Shown here piece by piece: positions 40,298 through 54,015 of a DNA stretch of 64,000 nucleotides (positions within the stretch are counted from its first letter, which is position 1; every line of letters begins with the position of its first letter). Where the stretch lies: NCBI RefSeq assembly GCF_009834535.1, contig NC_045707.1, positions 45,696,001 through 45,760,000 on the forward strand, given 5' to 3'. Both the position numbers and the translations under genes were made by a program. The stretch comes from Camelus ferus. Lineage: Eukaryota. The notes under the pieces are model-generated. The model searched no databases. It was not told where the DNA came from and was given only the letters and a program-made list of their open reading frames with translations.

Positions 40298-43009
40298 GAG
40301 ACCCAAAGGAAAAGATATTTGCTAAGAATCATACTTTTTCACATAACTAATTCCATGAATCCTGGCAACAATCCTATGAGATGATGTTACTATTTCCACT
40401 TACATATAAGGAAACTGAACCTTGAAGGAGATCACACAGCTAAAGGGTGGAACGAAGGTTCAAACTCAGGTATTCTGACTCATAGTTCAAAATGGGGACC
40501 ATGAAGTATCTGTTGACAGTGTTGAGATATAATGCATGGGTAGCTAGTGTGGGAAGTTGTCTCCTCTTTGTTTTTCTGTAAATGAGACTTTTTAGGATTC
40601 CTGGGAGAGAGTATTTTGGAGGTCTCTACTTACTCTTCTAACACATATCCCTTTTCCAGTCTCTTCCTAACTGAAAGAGTTGCTGTCTGGAAGCATCTTG
40701 TGATATTTCATTAAGGTTCAGTGGCAAGTGCTTTAGAGGGCAGTTAGAACTCTTTGTTCTCATTTAGTCAATATTTGGTCACTACAAGGCTAATATATTT
40801 AGTTTGAGACAGCAAATCAGGGACTGTTTGCTTGGTTTGAGTGTTGGAAAAGCCTTTCAATTCCACTCAATTCAATTCCTGGAACAATGGTATATAACTG
40901 GTACGGTTTAAACATTTAACTTCTCATCATTCAGCCAAATGAAGTAGGACAGACTGTATCCCACAACTAGATAATAAGAATATCTTTTCAGTTTACAAAG
41001 TGCTCTTGCAAAAAGATCTCACATCAACTGCATGACTAATGAAGAATTTTAACATTGAGGACAGGGGTGTGGGGGAGAATGTCTGAAGAAATGAGATGAA
41101 CAGTTTTATTATGTGAGTGAACAATGCACAGAAAAATTAATTGCCCATTTAATTGACTTAAGAATCCTGTGATTAAACTAAGTGCAGAGGATTATGCTGC
41201 TTGAAGTGGTAATTAGGATTCCTCTGTTTTGTGTGTGTGTGTGTGTATGTGTGTGCATGTATGTCCTTGTATATGGTGACCTATGCAGGAAAATAAGAGA
41301 AAAATGACAAAATACATAGAACAAACATCTAATTTGAAGTCAAAGAGCCTTTTTGGAGAACCTAGTCTAATACTTTTTCTTGCTAAGAAACTTGGGCTCT
41401 TGGACTAGATATTTAACTTGGGAGTCACTTTCCCCATCTGTAAAATGGGAATACTTATCTCACAGGGTGACTGTTGTGTCTAGTACAAAGAAGACCACTC
41501 AGTAAATGTGTATTGAGTTAAAAATTCTTTCCATCTGTTACCATCTTTCATTGATGAACAAAAAATTGTGAAGTCCTAGTTCATTTGGATTTCTCTGAAT
41601 TCAGGTATTCTTTATGGAATGTAGAATCTTATTATATTCTGAAAATATTCATTCCTAAGGTACCTTGGGATATGTAATAAATCAAAAAGAAATATAAACT
41701 TTAAAAGAAAAATAAGCAGGAGCCATACAACAAGGTACAAACCAGACTAAATAAATATGACTTACATCCTTCCCTGAAGTTCAGCTCATAGCGTAAAAGT
41801 GATCAAGACTGGACAGTGACTCCACTGAAAACATCTTTGCTTTGGTAGCTGCAAGAACTCAGTGGGAGCCCCAAGTTTTGTTTACTGAACAGCAGATGAA
41901 ATCCTTAAACAAACTTCTGCAGTGCACTCACAACTCAGTTAAATGTTAAATTCTCATGGCTACAACCAAAACAAAGTGAACAGAGAGATCCATGGATCTA
42001 GTCAATGATGATAGTTAAGCACTCGCTTCTTATGGCAGCAGCCAAGGATGGGTAAGTTGGTGAACACCACAGCCATGAGGAATGCAGTGGCTCAGGAAGC
42101 GGACCTGAAGACAGAAAAATCACCACAAAAAAAATCAAGCAAAAACTTTCCAACAGAATACAACAGTATCTGGAATTGTCATAAGCCTTGACATGCATTA
42201 GTCTTACCTTATTACCACTGCAAACCTCTAAGCCAAGTATTTGTAAAAAGGGAATACCCCACTTCACAAGACCTGGTACACAGGGAGAATTACTGAATGT
42301 TAGAACATTAGAACAAGAAGAGGAGTTAGAATAGAACCATTTATTATGACTAATCATTAATGACTTACCATTATGTTTACTCTTCACTTAAACCTGTCGC
42401 TGTTCTTGTAAAATAGGAATAACCATCCTCTAGGAGTGAGGGAATTGGAGCTCTGGAGGTGAAAACAGGTGTCAGGTGGTAGGAGACCAGGGTCTTTAAC
42501 CTGGTTGTTCTGACTTCAAATTGAGTGTTCTCTGTGCTGTACCTCAGCAAACCCCACAGGTTCAGTCTTGTTGTGGAGCACTGTAAGGGCTGAAACAGCA
42601 GGAGGCTTGGCCCTGGAGGCCACAAAGGGCCTAGCAAATCTTTTCTGTCTGGTATAATTTGGCATTTGCCTCTGTCACACCTCTGTCTGACCTTTTAGGT
42701 GTCAAGTCTAAGTTTGCTTGATCTGATTTGACATCTCCGCGTCATTCTGCACTGCTGATCATGCTCTTCTTGAAACCATCTGTTCCTCTGGCTTCCACGT
42801 CATGTGTCCTAATTCTGTTTCTCTGACTGATGGTTTTTATACTAAACTTAGCCTGAGTAACAGCTAAGATTTATTGAATGCTTCTTATGTGGCAGTATTG
42901 TCCCAATCCCCTTACATGTATCACATGTATTAATTTACTTAATCTTCCTAATAATGCTATGATACAGGTGGCATTATTGTCTTTCTTGAAAAGATAAGGA
43001 AACATAACA

Positions 43010-44335
43010 ACAAAGGAATACAATCATTTTTCTTCATCAAAATTAAAGATGTTTGTGTGTCAAAAGATGTTTGTTCTATCAAGAGAGTGAAAAGACAACT
43101 CACAAAAGGGGAGAAAATATCTGCAAAGCATATATCTGACAAAGGATTAATATTCAGAATATGTAAACTACAATTTAACAACAAAAAAATAAACAACCCA
43201 ATTGAAAAATAGACAAAGGACTTGAAGAGACATTTCTCCAAAGAAGACATTCAAATGACCTCATCTTTCTTGATCTTTTAGCAGCATTTGATACGATAAT
43301 CACTGCCTCTTATAAAATACTTCATTCAGCACCACTTCTATGATCATGATGGCCCCCTTTCAGTCTCCTTTGCAGGTTCCTCCTTATCTCCTGATTTCCA
43401 ACTTTAGATTCCTCAAGGATCTCTGTGTTCTGACTCCGTCCTCTAACCTATGTTCATAACTTTAGCTAACACCCCAAATGCTGACATCTCCCAGTCTGGA
43501 TCTTTCTTCTAAACTTAGCCTTATATAGCCAACTGCCTATTCAACATTTCCACCTAAAGATTATTAAGTATTTCACACTTAGCCTATCCAAACCAGCTCA
43601 GTTTCTACCCAAACCTCACTGGCTGCCCCATCTCAGTAAATGACAACTCTGTTCCTCTACTTGTTCAGGCCAAACACCTTAGAATCATCTAGACCTCTTC
43701 TTTCTTATACTGCACATTCATTATATCAGCACGTCCTGTTGGCTCCACCTTCAACTTATATCCAGAATTTGATCCCCTCTCACTGCCTTCACCACCACCA
43801 CCACCCATCATCTCTCATGTAGATCATCTCAAGAGCCAACAGGTCTCCCTTACCTCCATCCCTGTTAGAGCACCACATGGAACAATGCTTTTTAAACTTA
43901 AAAACACTAAAAATCCAAGCCATGTCATGTCACTTCACTGCTTAAAAACCTCCAGTGCCTTCCTAACTCAGAGGAAAAGCCTTATTCATTACAAGGCCCT
44001 CCTTGACTGACCAGCCCCCATCTCACGGGGCTTCAGCCACACTTGCCTCTTTGCTTCTGTTCCTGCCTCAAGGCCCTTTCTTTCACTTGCTGTTTTTACA
44101 ATGCTCTTCTACTTGTGGGGCCAGTTCCTTCACTCCCTTCACACCTGACCACCTTATGTGAAAAAGCTCCCTGCATCCTCCACACCCCTCTTATTTGGCT
44201 TCATTTTCTGTACAGCTGACCCACTTAATGTATTGTCTGACTCTCCACCTTAGTGGTCAGTGAGGGCAGCAGCTTTGTTTTGCTCACTGCTGTCTTCAGC
44301 ACTGAGAACAGTGCCTGGCATGCAGCATACACTCC
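43010..44335 (+). mobile_element. Old L1 ORF2 fragment (43010-43255) next to an L2 remnant (43256-44335)
   Basis: catcaaaattaaag…catttctccaaagaagacat (L1), followed by L2 motifs ending gaacagtgcctggcatgcagc. Confidence 0.65.
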
Positions 44336-46102
44336 TACTATATGGCCACTGTAGCTTTGGTTAGTTCGGGGGAAAAAGAAAAAAAAGAGGGGTCAGGGAC
44401 AGGCATACAACTTGGGGAGTTTTAGGGAATGTTGATTATGTGATAAAAATTCTTCAAAACATGGGTCCCAAGGGGAAAATATCAGGGATCTTTAGTTGGT
44501 AAAATGCTGAGAACCTCTGAATTGGGTTATTCCAGGTTTTGAAGCACAACGGAAACTCAACTCAACATGTTTTCAGTAAGAAGAAACTTTGAGTTTTGGT
44601 ACTGAGTCTGGTCATACCCTGGCCTCTGGACATACAGACTTAAGGTTTTTTTCTAGTCTAACATTTCTCTGTATTTTGACCAAGTTATTTCGGCAAGAAC
44701 AGAAGACTGCAGCCTTGTCTCATTTTCTCCAGGCCCCAGCTTTAACCTGAGAGGCAATGGCTTTTATATATATGAATGAATATAAGCCCAAAATAACAAT
44801 GAAATTCTACACATTTATAACTTACAAGTTTCTTAAATTACACTTTTCCCCCTATTATACAAGTGTTTCATGTTTATCATGGTGAGAAAACTGGTTAAAA
44901 GTCACCCTTATGTCACTGTTTAAGGGATTATCACTGTCAAATTCTTCAGATTTTATAAAATATTCACATGTATACTAGATGTAATTGTCATATAACCTTG
45001 TCATTGGCTGTCATTACTTATGTATCATAGTTTAATATTCTAAGTTCAGGCAAGATAAGTGACTTCATGGCTAATAGCCAGACATGAGTGCTAAAGAATA
45101 AAGCCAAAGAATAATGCATTTCAGATCAGGGAACCATACCAAACTCCCCTTCAGCCAGCATTGGCTAGCGATGGTCCTAGATATGAAACTCACATGAGAG
45201 ATTCTTTTGTTGCTGAAATGAAGATAAACCAGAAACCTTTTAATAGGACATCCCATCATGATGAAGATTATGCTATCTAAGGGGAAAGAAATAGCGTGTA
45301 ATCAGAGAATTATTGTTCCTTTTGAATTATTATACTCCCATTAAGTACTTGTATTGCATTGCTTTAAAATATAAGGTATAATTAATTCTTAGCAGATTAT
45401 GTTCTGTGCTGGAACCAGCTACACTATTTTTAAAACTGTTATCTCCCTCCCCTGCCACCAATTCTTGTCCTTTCTAATCTCTAGAAGTTGAGTAGTTCTC
45501 AAGATGCTCACCTGTGCCTAAATATAAACTCTCTTGCACCATGGAACAGTATGTAGATTTGGCTTTACATAGCAGAACTATCTCTTTATTAAGAAATAGA
45601 CAATCTGAGAATTTTAATACTAGAGAGGATTTTAGAGGTCCAGTCCAATTCATAAATCACAATTGTTAGTTTTTTTTTCTTACAGAAGAAACTGTGACTC
45701 AATATGGATAAGTCATTTGCCTGAGATTTACAATAGTTCTGTCCATAATCCAGCTCTATTGACTTCCAAACACAGGGCTCTGTAGTTTATTCTCGAGGTT
45801 AGCTGTAAAATGAAATGTATCCACGGGTAACTTATCATAATGGTGAAGAACAGATGTTCGTGTCTTTCAAACTGGTTGGGATACTGGTTCTGCCACTTCA
45901 TGTGTATGACTTTGAGAAAACTACTAAGCCTGTATATCTTCAAATAATATATTCAGGTTCTAGAAACATGTCTGATACCTAATATTACTTTGTATATAAA
46001 AATAAACATTTTTTCATAGGGACACATTTAAGATCTTCCTTCAGTAAACAAGACTAATTTCCATATGACCAGATTCTGAAAATGTTTTATTAATTTTTAC
46101 AG

Positions 46103-46249
46103 ATGTACATCCAGGGGAAATTACTATTTGCCAACTTTATTTTCAATGGTTATAGCACATCTGCTAAGGACCTTCAAAAGCAAATTATGAAAACAAGGAG
46201 TGATTATCATATGGGATATTTCCTACCCAATGACTTCAGAATCCGGTAG
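46103..46249 (+). pseudogene. C3orf20-like probable terminal exon H: MYIQGKLLFANFIFNGYSTSAKDLQKQIMKTRSDYHMGYFLPNDFRIR*
   Basis: Acceptor taatttttacag; frame open to TAG 46247-46249. Strong resemblance to recalled C3orf20 MFAGGKLIFGG…NGY…QDYKMGYFLPDDYKF. Confidence 0.87.
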
Positions 46250-48936
46250 AGTGACTATATACATCTTATCTCACACTTTTATTTAGTAAATCCCAGACAA
46301 GGGCCAAATTTCAAGAACTGCCTTTACAAATATTTATTCCTTGCTTCAGATCTTTTCTGTGAAGAGGTAGCTTATTTATTTAAAAGTTCAGTTCAAGGAA
46401 AGCCACTTTCTCTTTAACCAGCATTCAGTCTGCAGAACCACTGTGCAGTTACCATAAATGTTTCCAAGACTGCAGCTAAGCTTAGAGAGGTTCCAACCAA
46501 TCATTCATTCATTTACACAGGACAAGTATGATCCCTTGGACGTTAACTCTCTTCTTAGTTCGGTATGTCTTTCCTGTCAGGGAGGTCATATAAGTCAACA
46601 AATATAACATGATTAGAATGTATCCAATGGCAAAGTCAGTGAGAGGTGAAAACAGACCTTTTAAATTTAATTTGCTGTTTTCACTGATAAATTATCATGT
46701 GAAGCACTTGAATGACCAAACAAACAAAACTTAAGACTAATGAGTCCATGGCTTTCCAGATAACTGCTGTCTCTTTTGGGTATATTAACAAATTCTGGAA
46801 AAAAAAAATAGAAAAATAGAGACAGAGGAAGAGAAAAACAAGTTTTATATTTTGGCTAATTCATGTTGCAAACACTAGAATAAGGAATGAAATATAAACT
46901 ACTGATTTTTATTGGATACTTCTTAAGCTTAGAAGGAACAATAATAATACAGACACATAAAAACCTACTGTTGGGTTTTTGTAAAATCTTTTAAAACAGT
47001 TGACAAAAATTCAATATGGTAAAATACATAGAGTTATCAAAGAAAGTACTGTGTTAAAAAAGGTTGTACTCTTAAGTCTTCAGGTAGGTTTGGAAAGGTA
47101 CAGTTTTACTATATAAAACATAAGTAGTTAAAAAGTAAAAATTAAAACACCTTTGAAAGAATACTCTCAAATGATATTTTTTATAGCTTACACTCTAAAA
47201 GCATCTAAGGTAAAGGCAGACTTTAGAAACTTATATGTAAAGAAGCCTGAACTCTGGAGCACAGTACAGCAATTTCTGTTTTCAGTGTTCATATATAACA
47301 ATGTGGAAAGAGAGTACAAAGCCCCCCCCCCCCCCTGGTATGAGAGTACTTATTGTACATAAATGTAAACTGGGCTCATGCATTTCAGGCTGTGCCAAGA
47401 AATAGTTAACTGTGTTCACAGATTAGTACTTATACAAGATTACTGATGATAGGTTTTTCATGTTTGGGTGAACACAAAATTTCATAAATTCTGGAAGAAA
47501 CTGAATATAATTAAATTCTTTATTGTTCATTAGGGAAAAATGAGAAGAATTGAGGCATAAATTAAGAGTGAATTTATAAGACAATAAAAGCATTTGAATC
47601 ATTTGGCTTTAAAAGGAACCAAAATCCAAAATCATTATATCCAAAGTCCACTATTTTATTAAAAAACAATATAAAACACACATAGTAACATGTACAGTGT
47701 TTTGATTTATGCAAATAGGAAAACACTGAGAGAGAAGGATAAACATAGTAAAATTTAAAAGGCAAAAATAAAAGAATCCATGGGCTGAAGCATCTATGTA
47801 ATGAATGTAGCACAGAACTAACCCCAGGGTTGGGTTCTTCAGAATGACCCTCAGTAGGCTCACATTCCTATTTTAAAGGATACCCCATTGATAACACCAG
47901 TTTTTCTGGTGTGACAAGGCTTGGAGGAACAGCAGTTTGGGGCTCCTTTCACATGTATAGTCCTTGATTAATCTGCAGTTATTTCAAACATGGTCTAAAT
48001 CTATTGAAATGCCAGTATTACCAAAAGTATACATTTTCATCGTGTTACTGGATTTGGGGTCTTTTCAATGCCTTTTCAGAAATCTTGCCCTCCAAATTAA
48101 ACAGAAACATGTATGTGACTATAACAATGTCACAGTTATGATGTGAGACCATGTCATGAATCAACTAGATCAGAATATTTAAAAAATCCAGAGCAGTAGA
48201 GAACAAAAATAAAGAAACTTGCTAAAAGCCTTACTGTGCAAAACACTGTTGTAAAATGTGAGGTATCCATCTATTTCCACTCTATCATCCTAGCTTGTTC
48301 TCATCAACCATAGCAGATTCTAAAACGTAGCCTACAGTGAGGCTTACAAGGGACAGTGAGTACAAATAATGCGAAGGGTCTTCCCAGATCTGAACCTCAA
48401 AAAGCAAGCTGAAAGCAATGTGGTGGATTCAGTCACAGATTAAAAGAAAAAGGCATTCATTTCCAGAAACGAGTTTAAAATCACGTAGCATTGCAGCCAA
48501 AAGGCAAAGACTAATACCTTTCAGAAACTATGAAAAGTTAAATAAGACTGAAAATAAAACTGTTGAGGAGAGTCTTTGAGAAAAATAAAAATAGAAATAA
48601 TTAATTTGGGATAGAATTTGTTTTGGTGGCTAAGTTGTTTAACCTAAAAAATAGAGATCTGATAATTAAAGTTATAAGAACAATTCTCATTGGCAATTAA
48701 TAACTGTATTACATACCATATTTCTATTGTGATAAATTACTATAATGTCAAAGTCCAATTAGACTTTATCTTGTTATTCACTGTCGGCCTTCTATTTTAA
48801 TAGGATTAAGCAACCAATTCTTGTGAAAATGTAGTGACACATACCAAAAAAAGTGAGTCTTGGTGAACGCAGGATGTCTCATCAGCCTCAGGTTATCTTC
48901 AGTCTTCATACTCTTGATGTTCCAGGAATGATGCGC

Positions 48937-49030
48937 GAGTTTAGGTTGGTTCTAGGATAGGCCCAGGGGCCTGGTTTGATCTGGGATCCCTGGGACCATA
49001 CCTAGAACAAACCCAAACAAAACCAAACTC
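48937..49030 (-). ncRNA. MIR331: microRNA-331 precursor (5p 48984-49005; 3p 48950-48970)
   Basis: The minus strand contains CTAGGTATGGTCCCAGGGATCC and GCCCCTGGGCCTATCCTAGAA, matching recalled mature miR-331-5p and -3p. The arms are complementary, and the position downstream of VEZT matches known human synteny. Confidence 0.95.
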
Positions 49031-52000
49031 CTTGGAACCACTTTCAGCTCAGGTGGACTTCTGGACTTTTCCCTCATATGGACCTCCAGGGCTGTACCAG
49101 GACCATAAGCCAGTCTTTAAGGGACGAGAGTAACATTTTGTACTTTGCCATATGTAAGCACTGTGCCTGAGTAAGCATTCTTTAAGTCATAGTATGAACA
49201 GAAGGTACAGGTTGGTGAAATTAAAGTACAGAAAATACTTAATTTAGAAATGAAGCTAATTTAAGGATTTACTTGAGGGGAAAAAGAATATATAATTCCT
49301 TAGAATATTATAAAAGAATAAACTTGTAAAAGACATGTGTTAGTTTAAAAGAATATGTTCAATGGTAAAATAAACTTGTTTGAAGGTAGCTGACTTTCAG
49401 GAAATGCTACAAAAGTGAAAAATGTCAAGTCCAAAATAGTAAAATTATCTCTTATTTGAGAAACTCTTATAGAAGAGAGGAAAAATATATTTCTACAACA
49501 ATCTCTCATAGAATATATGCATTTTTTAAAAGACTATATTCAAAAGTATACACAACTTAAATACTGTCCTTTTGCAATAACATGTTTGATATGTGCCAAA
49601 CGAAATTCAGTAAATAGGGATAAACAAGCTAAATTAATTGCTGACAGGTTAAAATACATTTAAATTTCTATTGCATTAAAAAAAATACCACACGTATTTA
49701 AACTTATCACACATTTTAGGATATCCATAAAATTAACTCCTCATTCATATTAAACTTATGTATATGTCAATTATGAAATCAGTTCATCCTTTTTTTGGTT
49801 TACAGCAATTACAGTAAGTAGATCACTTTCCTCTCACAACTGTACTCAAAGATAATTTTTCTCCTTGTACCACCAACCCAAGTGTAGCTTCATGCCTATT
49901 CTGTAATGGCAGTCTCAACTCAAGAAACTAGTTTGGATCATCTATTTTTTAATGAATATTGTATCATAATTTCCTTCCAGTGGCATGAATGCCTGAAAGC
50001 TAACTATGAAGTACAGCCATAAAATAAATAGACTAATTTTCTGATTACCCTGTATGTGATGGCAGGATGAGTCAACAACATACAGTTACTAAAACAGTCA
50101 GCCTGCTGGTAAAACTAAGTTGTTAAGTGCTAATTCCAGACAGATCTCTCTTTCTAGACAGATTTGAATTTTACTTGCAAACATTGTAACATGCAAATTT
50201 AACGTTTATTTTTCACTCGAGAGAGAAAAATTATCATGCCTGATTAATTAACATATTAAATTATAATTTAAACATGCAAAATATAGAATGACAGTGGGAA
50301 TTCAGTCATTCAAATATCTATCAATATCATTAGGTCCAACACTGTAACTTCCGGCAAACTTTTAACATACATTTAATTGAATAAAGACACTGTCTTAAAA
50401 ACATGCATAATTAAAGAATAAATTCATTGTGTGTAATTGTCTAGAGTCTAAAAACCTTCTTACTTCTCAGTTCTCTATGGTATCAATAATGAAATTTTCC
50501 TTATTTTCCAAGGCTCAACCTATTTCATGTTTTGGTAATGAAGACACATTTCTCAAAACAAAACCAACATAAAAAAACCAACCCAGACAAAGAAATTCTT
50601 AGCAGCATGTGGTATCCAATTTAAATAGAAAGTACTACAGAAAATGCTAATTGGAGTAGACTGGTTCCAATCAAAACCGAAAAATTAGAGAATAGAAATA
50701 TAGAGAAGGTTAAGTACGGAAACAAGATGGTTCCTTTTGTACACTAACAGCTCTTCTATTCTGAGAACAGATCTAATCTAGTAACTTCACTGAGGTAGTG
50801 AGTAATAGATGTCACAAAAATCCATGCACTTAAATATAATCTAGTTTTTCAGGTCTTCACTGAGTCAGTTTACTCCTACTTTATACATTATGCTAGCTGT
50901 CTTAGTCACCTGCTTTCCAAAACCGAAGCAGACTAGAAGAAGCATTATGAGGGTGGAGAAAGGCGATTGCTACAGGCACATTTAAGCAAGCGGTACTATA
51001 AATCAGAGGAATCAAAACTATTAGAAAAGAAAGACACAAAACAATGGAGCTATTTAGTAAAGGGGCATGTAGCTCTCAGTGCCTCATTTGCCTACCAAAG
51101 CAAAACCATTGTTAATGATGATCATTTTGACATAAAAAATTTTTAATGTACCTCATATATCATTTAAGAAGACAGCAATACATATTAAGTTTTAAAAAGA
51201 TTTCCTTCAGAATTTATTTCAAAAATTTTTAATGCTTAGGTTTAAGCACTGTAGAAAACTGGGATATCTAGAATGACTCATTCCCCAAATATTCAGTTAG
51301 CCAGTTCTTATTAAGTTGGCCAAGCATATTTAGTTCTAGAATATAAATCTTGGTGTACATAGTTGAAGTCCATTTATAGTACTCTAAGTTTTAAGTCTGT
51401 GTACTATACTAGAACATTTAACAAGAACAAAATATTTAACATTTTCCTAAAATATACAGAATGATTTATACAAAGATGATAGTCAAATTTTCAATTTTCT
51501 TTTATAGCTCAATTCATTAATGGAGAGTCCTAGAAACATCAACATATAAAACTTGAATTAATACTTTTAAGTATATGGCAATCACATATTTAACCAAGTA
51601 TTTTTAGGAATTCTCAGTAAAGAACTAAGAGGCAAACAAAAGTATGCTAAGCAGCCCAACAAGTACCACAAAGTCCATGCATTTTACTGACAGAAAAGCC
51701 CCTTAGCCTTCGTTCAGTCTACTTACTCTTATTTTAGACACAATTCTAGCAAGCTTGGCAATCTGGTTTCTCAGTCCACAGCAGATTAGAAGCAGCAAAT
51801 TAGGAGCCTAGTGCAGGAGGCAGGCACACAAGACAGCAGCAAACAGTGACAGCTGATTACAAGGGAAGATAGAAAAACTGAAAAACAGACACAACTCAAA
51901 AAGCATAGCAATGCAGGGTCAGGCAGTAAAAGGGCATTGTATATCTTAGTAGTTCCCATGATAGGATCTGATGTTCATAAAGATGACGAAGAGAAAGTGG

Positions 52001-54015
52001 AGAAATAGAAAGTACACTTTAGAAAAGCTCCTACTAAACTGTTGCAGAAATTAATGATTAAATGGATTTACCTCAGTTAACAGAAAAATTAACTAATGCA
52101 AGTTAGTCACCTGTCAATGATGACATAAGTGAATTGTTACTGTACTTAGGGCATTTTTTTCTCCATATTTTCTCTTTTAAGATATTTGTAGCTTGATTTT
52201 CTAATTCTAAGTGTCAATTACATAGATATGTTCTTATAAATAGAACTGGAAGAATAAATCAGTCTTTATGCTTTGTCTAGTTGTCATGAATGAATGGCAT
52301 GTCTACTTCAGTTCAAATAACTAGTTGGCTAAGCTATACCAGTCTTATGGTTCTTGTTTTGTTTGGATATAGAAACAATATACTATGATTAAACCAAATC
52401 AGTTGAGCTCTTCTTCCTATATGATTTATAGGAAATCCTAGTAACTTATCAAAATATATTGTATTTTACATTACTGATGGTGTGTAAAAGTCAGTCACCA
52501 GCGTGAAATGACCTCTAGGGTTCCTTCTGATTAATTCCATTGACTTATCATTTTGTGAAATGTATCAGAACTTGATTCTTTTTATGCTTTAACATTAAAA
52601 GCTTTACCACTTTTATTATGTAAATCAGAATATTACTTTTTATTTTTCAAGAAAATGAGTTTTAAATTTTTGACCTATTTTACTAACATATTTACTAACT
52701 GGTTACTAACATAACCAGATCTTGTTTTTCAGCCTCAAAAGTTTTATTTCCTTTTTAACTATTTCTGAGAAGTCAGAAATCACAAACATCATTTAGCAAT
52801 TCAGAGAATTTGTTTTTTGCTGGGAACCCTGTGACATTATTACATCAACTATACGCACAGCTTTTAAATGACAGGTCTGGGATTTAAACTCAGGTCTATT
52901 CTTCTGTATTAAACCCTTAAAGTCTTAAAATTCCTTAGTAATTTGCTTTAAACTTGTTTTTCCCAACCTGCTTGTCTCCAGTAACTTCCGAAATCCAACT
53001 TGAGTCAATGCATTAGAGTTCCTAGTGAGATATATTCAGATGCTGTAAGTACAATTAGCTTTAATAAGGATTTAACTTATGAAGTCAGATAATACAGACA
53101 ACTTGTGAAAACAAGCAGCCAAGTGCAAATTAAAAACCAACAGGAGTCTGACCCTAGATAGACAAGATATGTAGAATTTTAATGAGAGCTGGAAAAAAAA
53201 AAGGATTTAAAATAGATATAACTGTAACCAGATCATTTAGTGCCATGATTTTCCAAATGTAGGCAAAGGGCAAAAATTCTGTCTTTAAGAGTGACCTAAA
53301 TAAATAGCCCCTTCCATGCATTCTTCCATTAAGTATACTAGGTTTAAAATAAACTATGGAAATGTTCATATTAAAAGCTGTCAGGATATTACTCTTAATA
53401 GGAATTATACTGTCAAAATACTCTCGTAAAATTTGAAAGCACAATTACAAGTTTTCCCCATAAAATATTTTTGCTAGAGGGCTTCTTTTGGATGTAGGGT
53501 GGCAGCTATTAAAATTAGTCAAAAGCCTGATAAGACAAAAGTAGAATATTCTCAGAAAAGTAACAAGAATACCTATTTATATTACATTGATTTACTTGTT
53601 TTATTTCCGAAAGTATTCATGGCAAGAATAAAGTCCTGGACAGAGGTTCTTAGATTTTACCAGGCATAAACATCACTTAGTTCTTTTCCCAAAATGAACA
53701 ACTAAGAATGATTAGGAGTATGGCCACAAATCTGTATTTTAAAAATATTATCTCCAAATTATTCTAATGTAGGTGGCCCCATGGAGGGGGCAGACAGAGA
53801 AACACTGACTTTTAGATTATTATAAAAGAAAATTAGGAATTTTCACATGGAAGATAATATTTTATCATGGAAATATTTTAAAAGATGACAAATTATAAAA
53901 ACTACATTTAAAACAGAACATTCAATTAAAGTTCCAACCTCCTTATATCATGATTTAGAGTAAGTAGAATTTCTATAAAGCTAAGTAATAACTAGAGAAT
54001 AAAACAGATCAGACA

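Larger units (their letters stand above)
9518..46249 (+). pseudogene. Spliced C3orf20-like (FAM194/ERICH6 family) gene, 3' portion, eight exons in window, multiply disrupted
   Basis: Exons 9518-9635, 11710-11844, 12724-12828, 15837-15996, 17858-18080, 21011-21304, 26386-26502 and 46103-46249 all have AG acceptors, the first seven have GT donors, and phases are compatible. The translation resembles the recalled human C3orf20 C-terminus (CPVVLRK…C.C…P.VTDLEY…MPCIQ…LLKY…MYIQGKLLF…NGY…DYHMGYFLPNDF). Lesions: TGA 15855, TAA 18004 and 18010, 1-nt deletion ~21159, TGA 26404. Confidence 0.85.

Noticed and set aside
52115..52260. ATGATGA C-box-like motif suggesting a C/D snoRNA
   Set aside because: No suitably placed CTGA D box or terminal stem.
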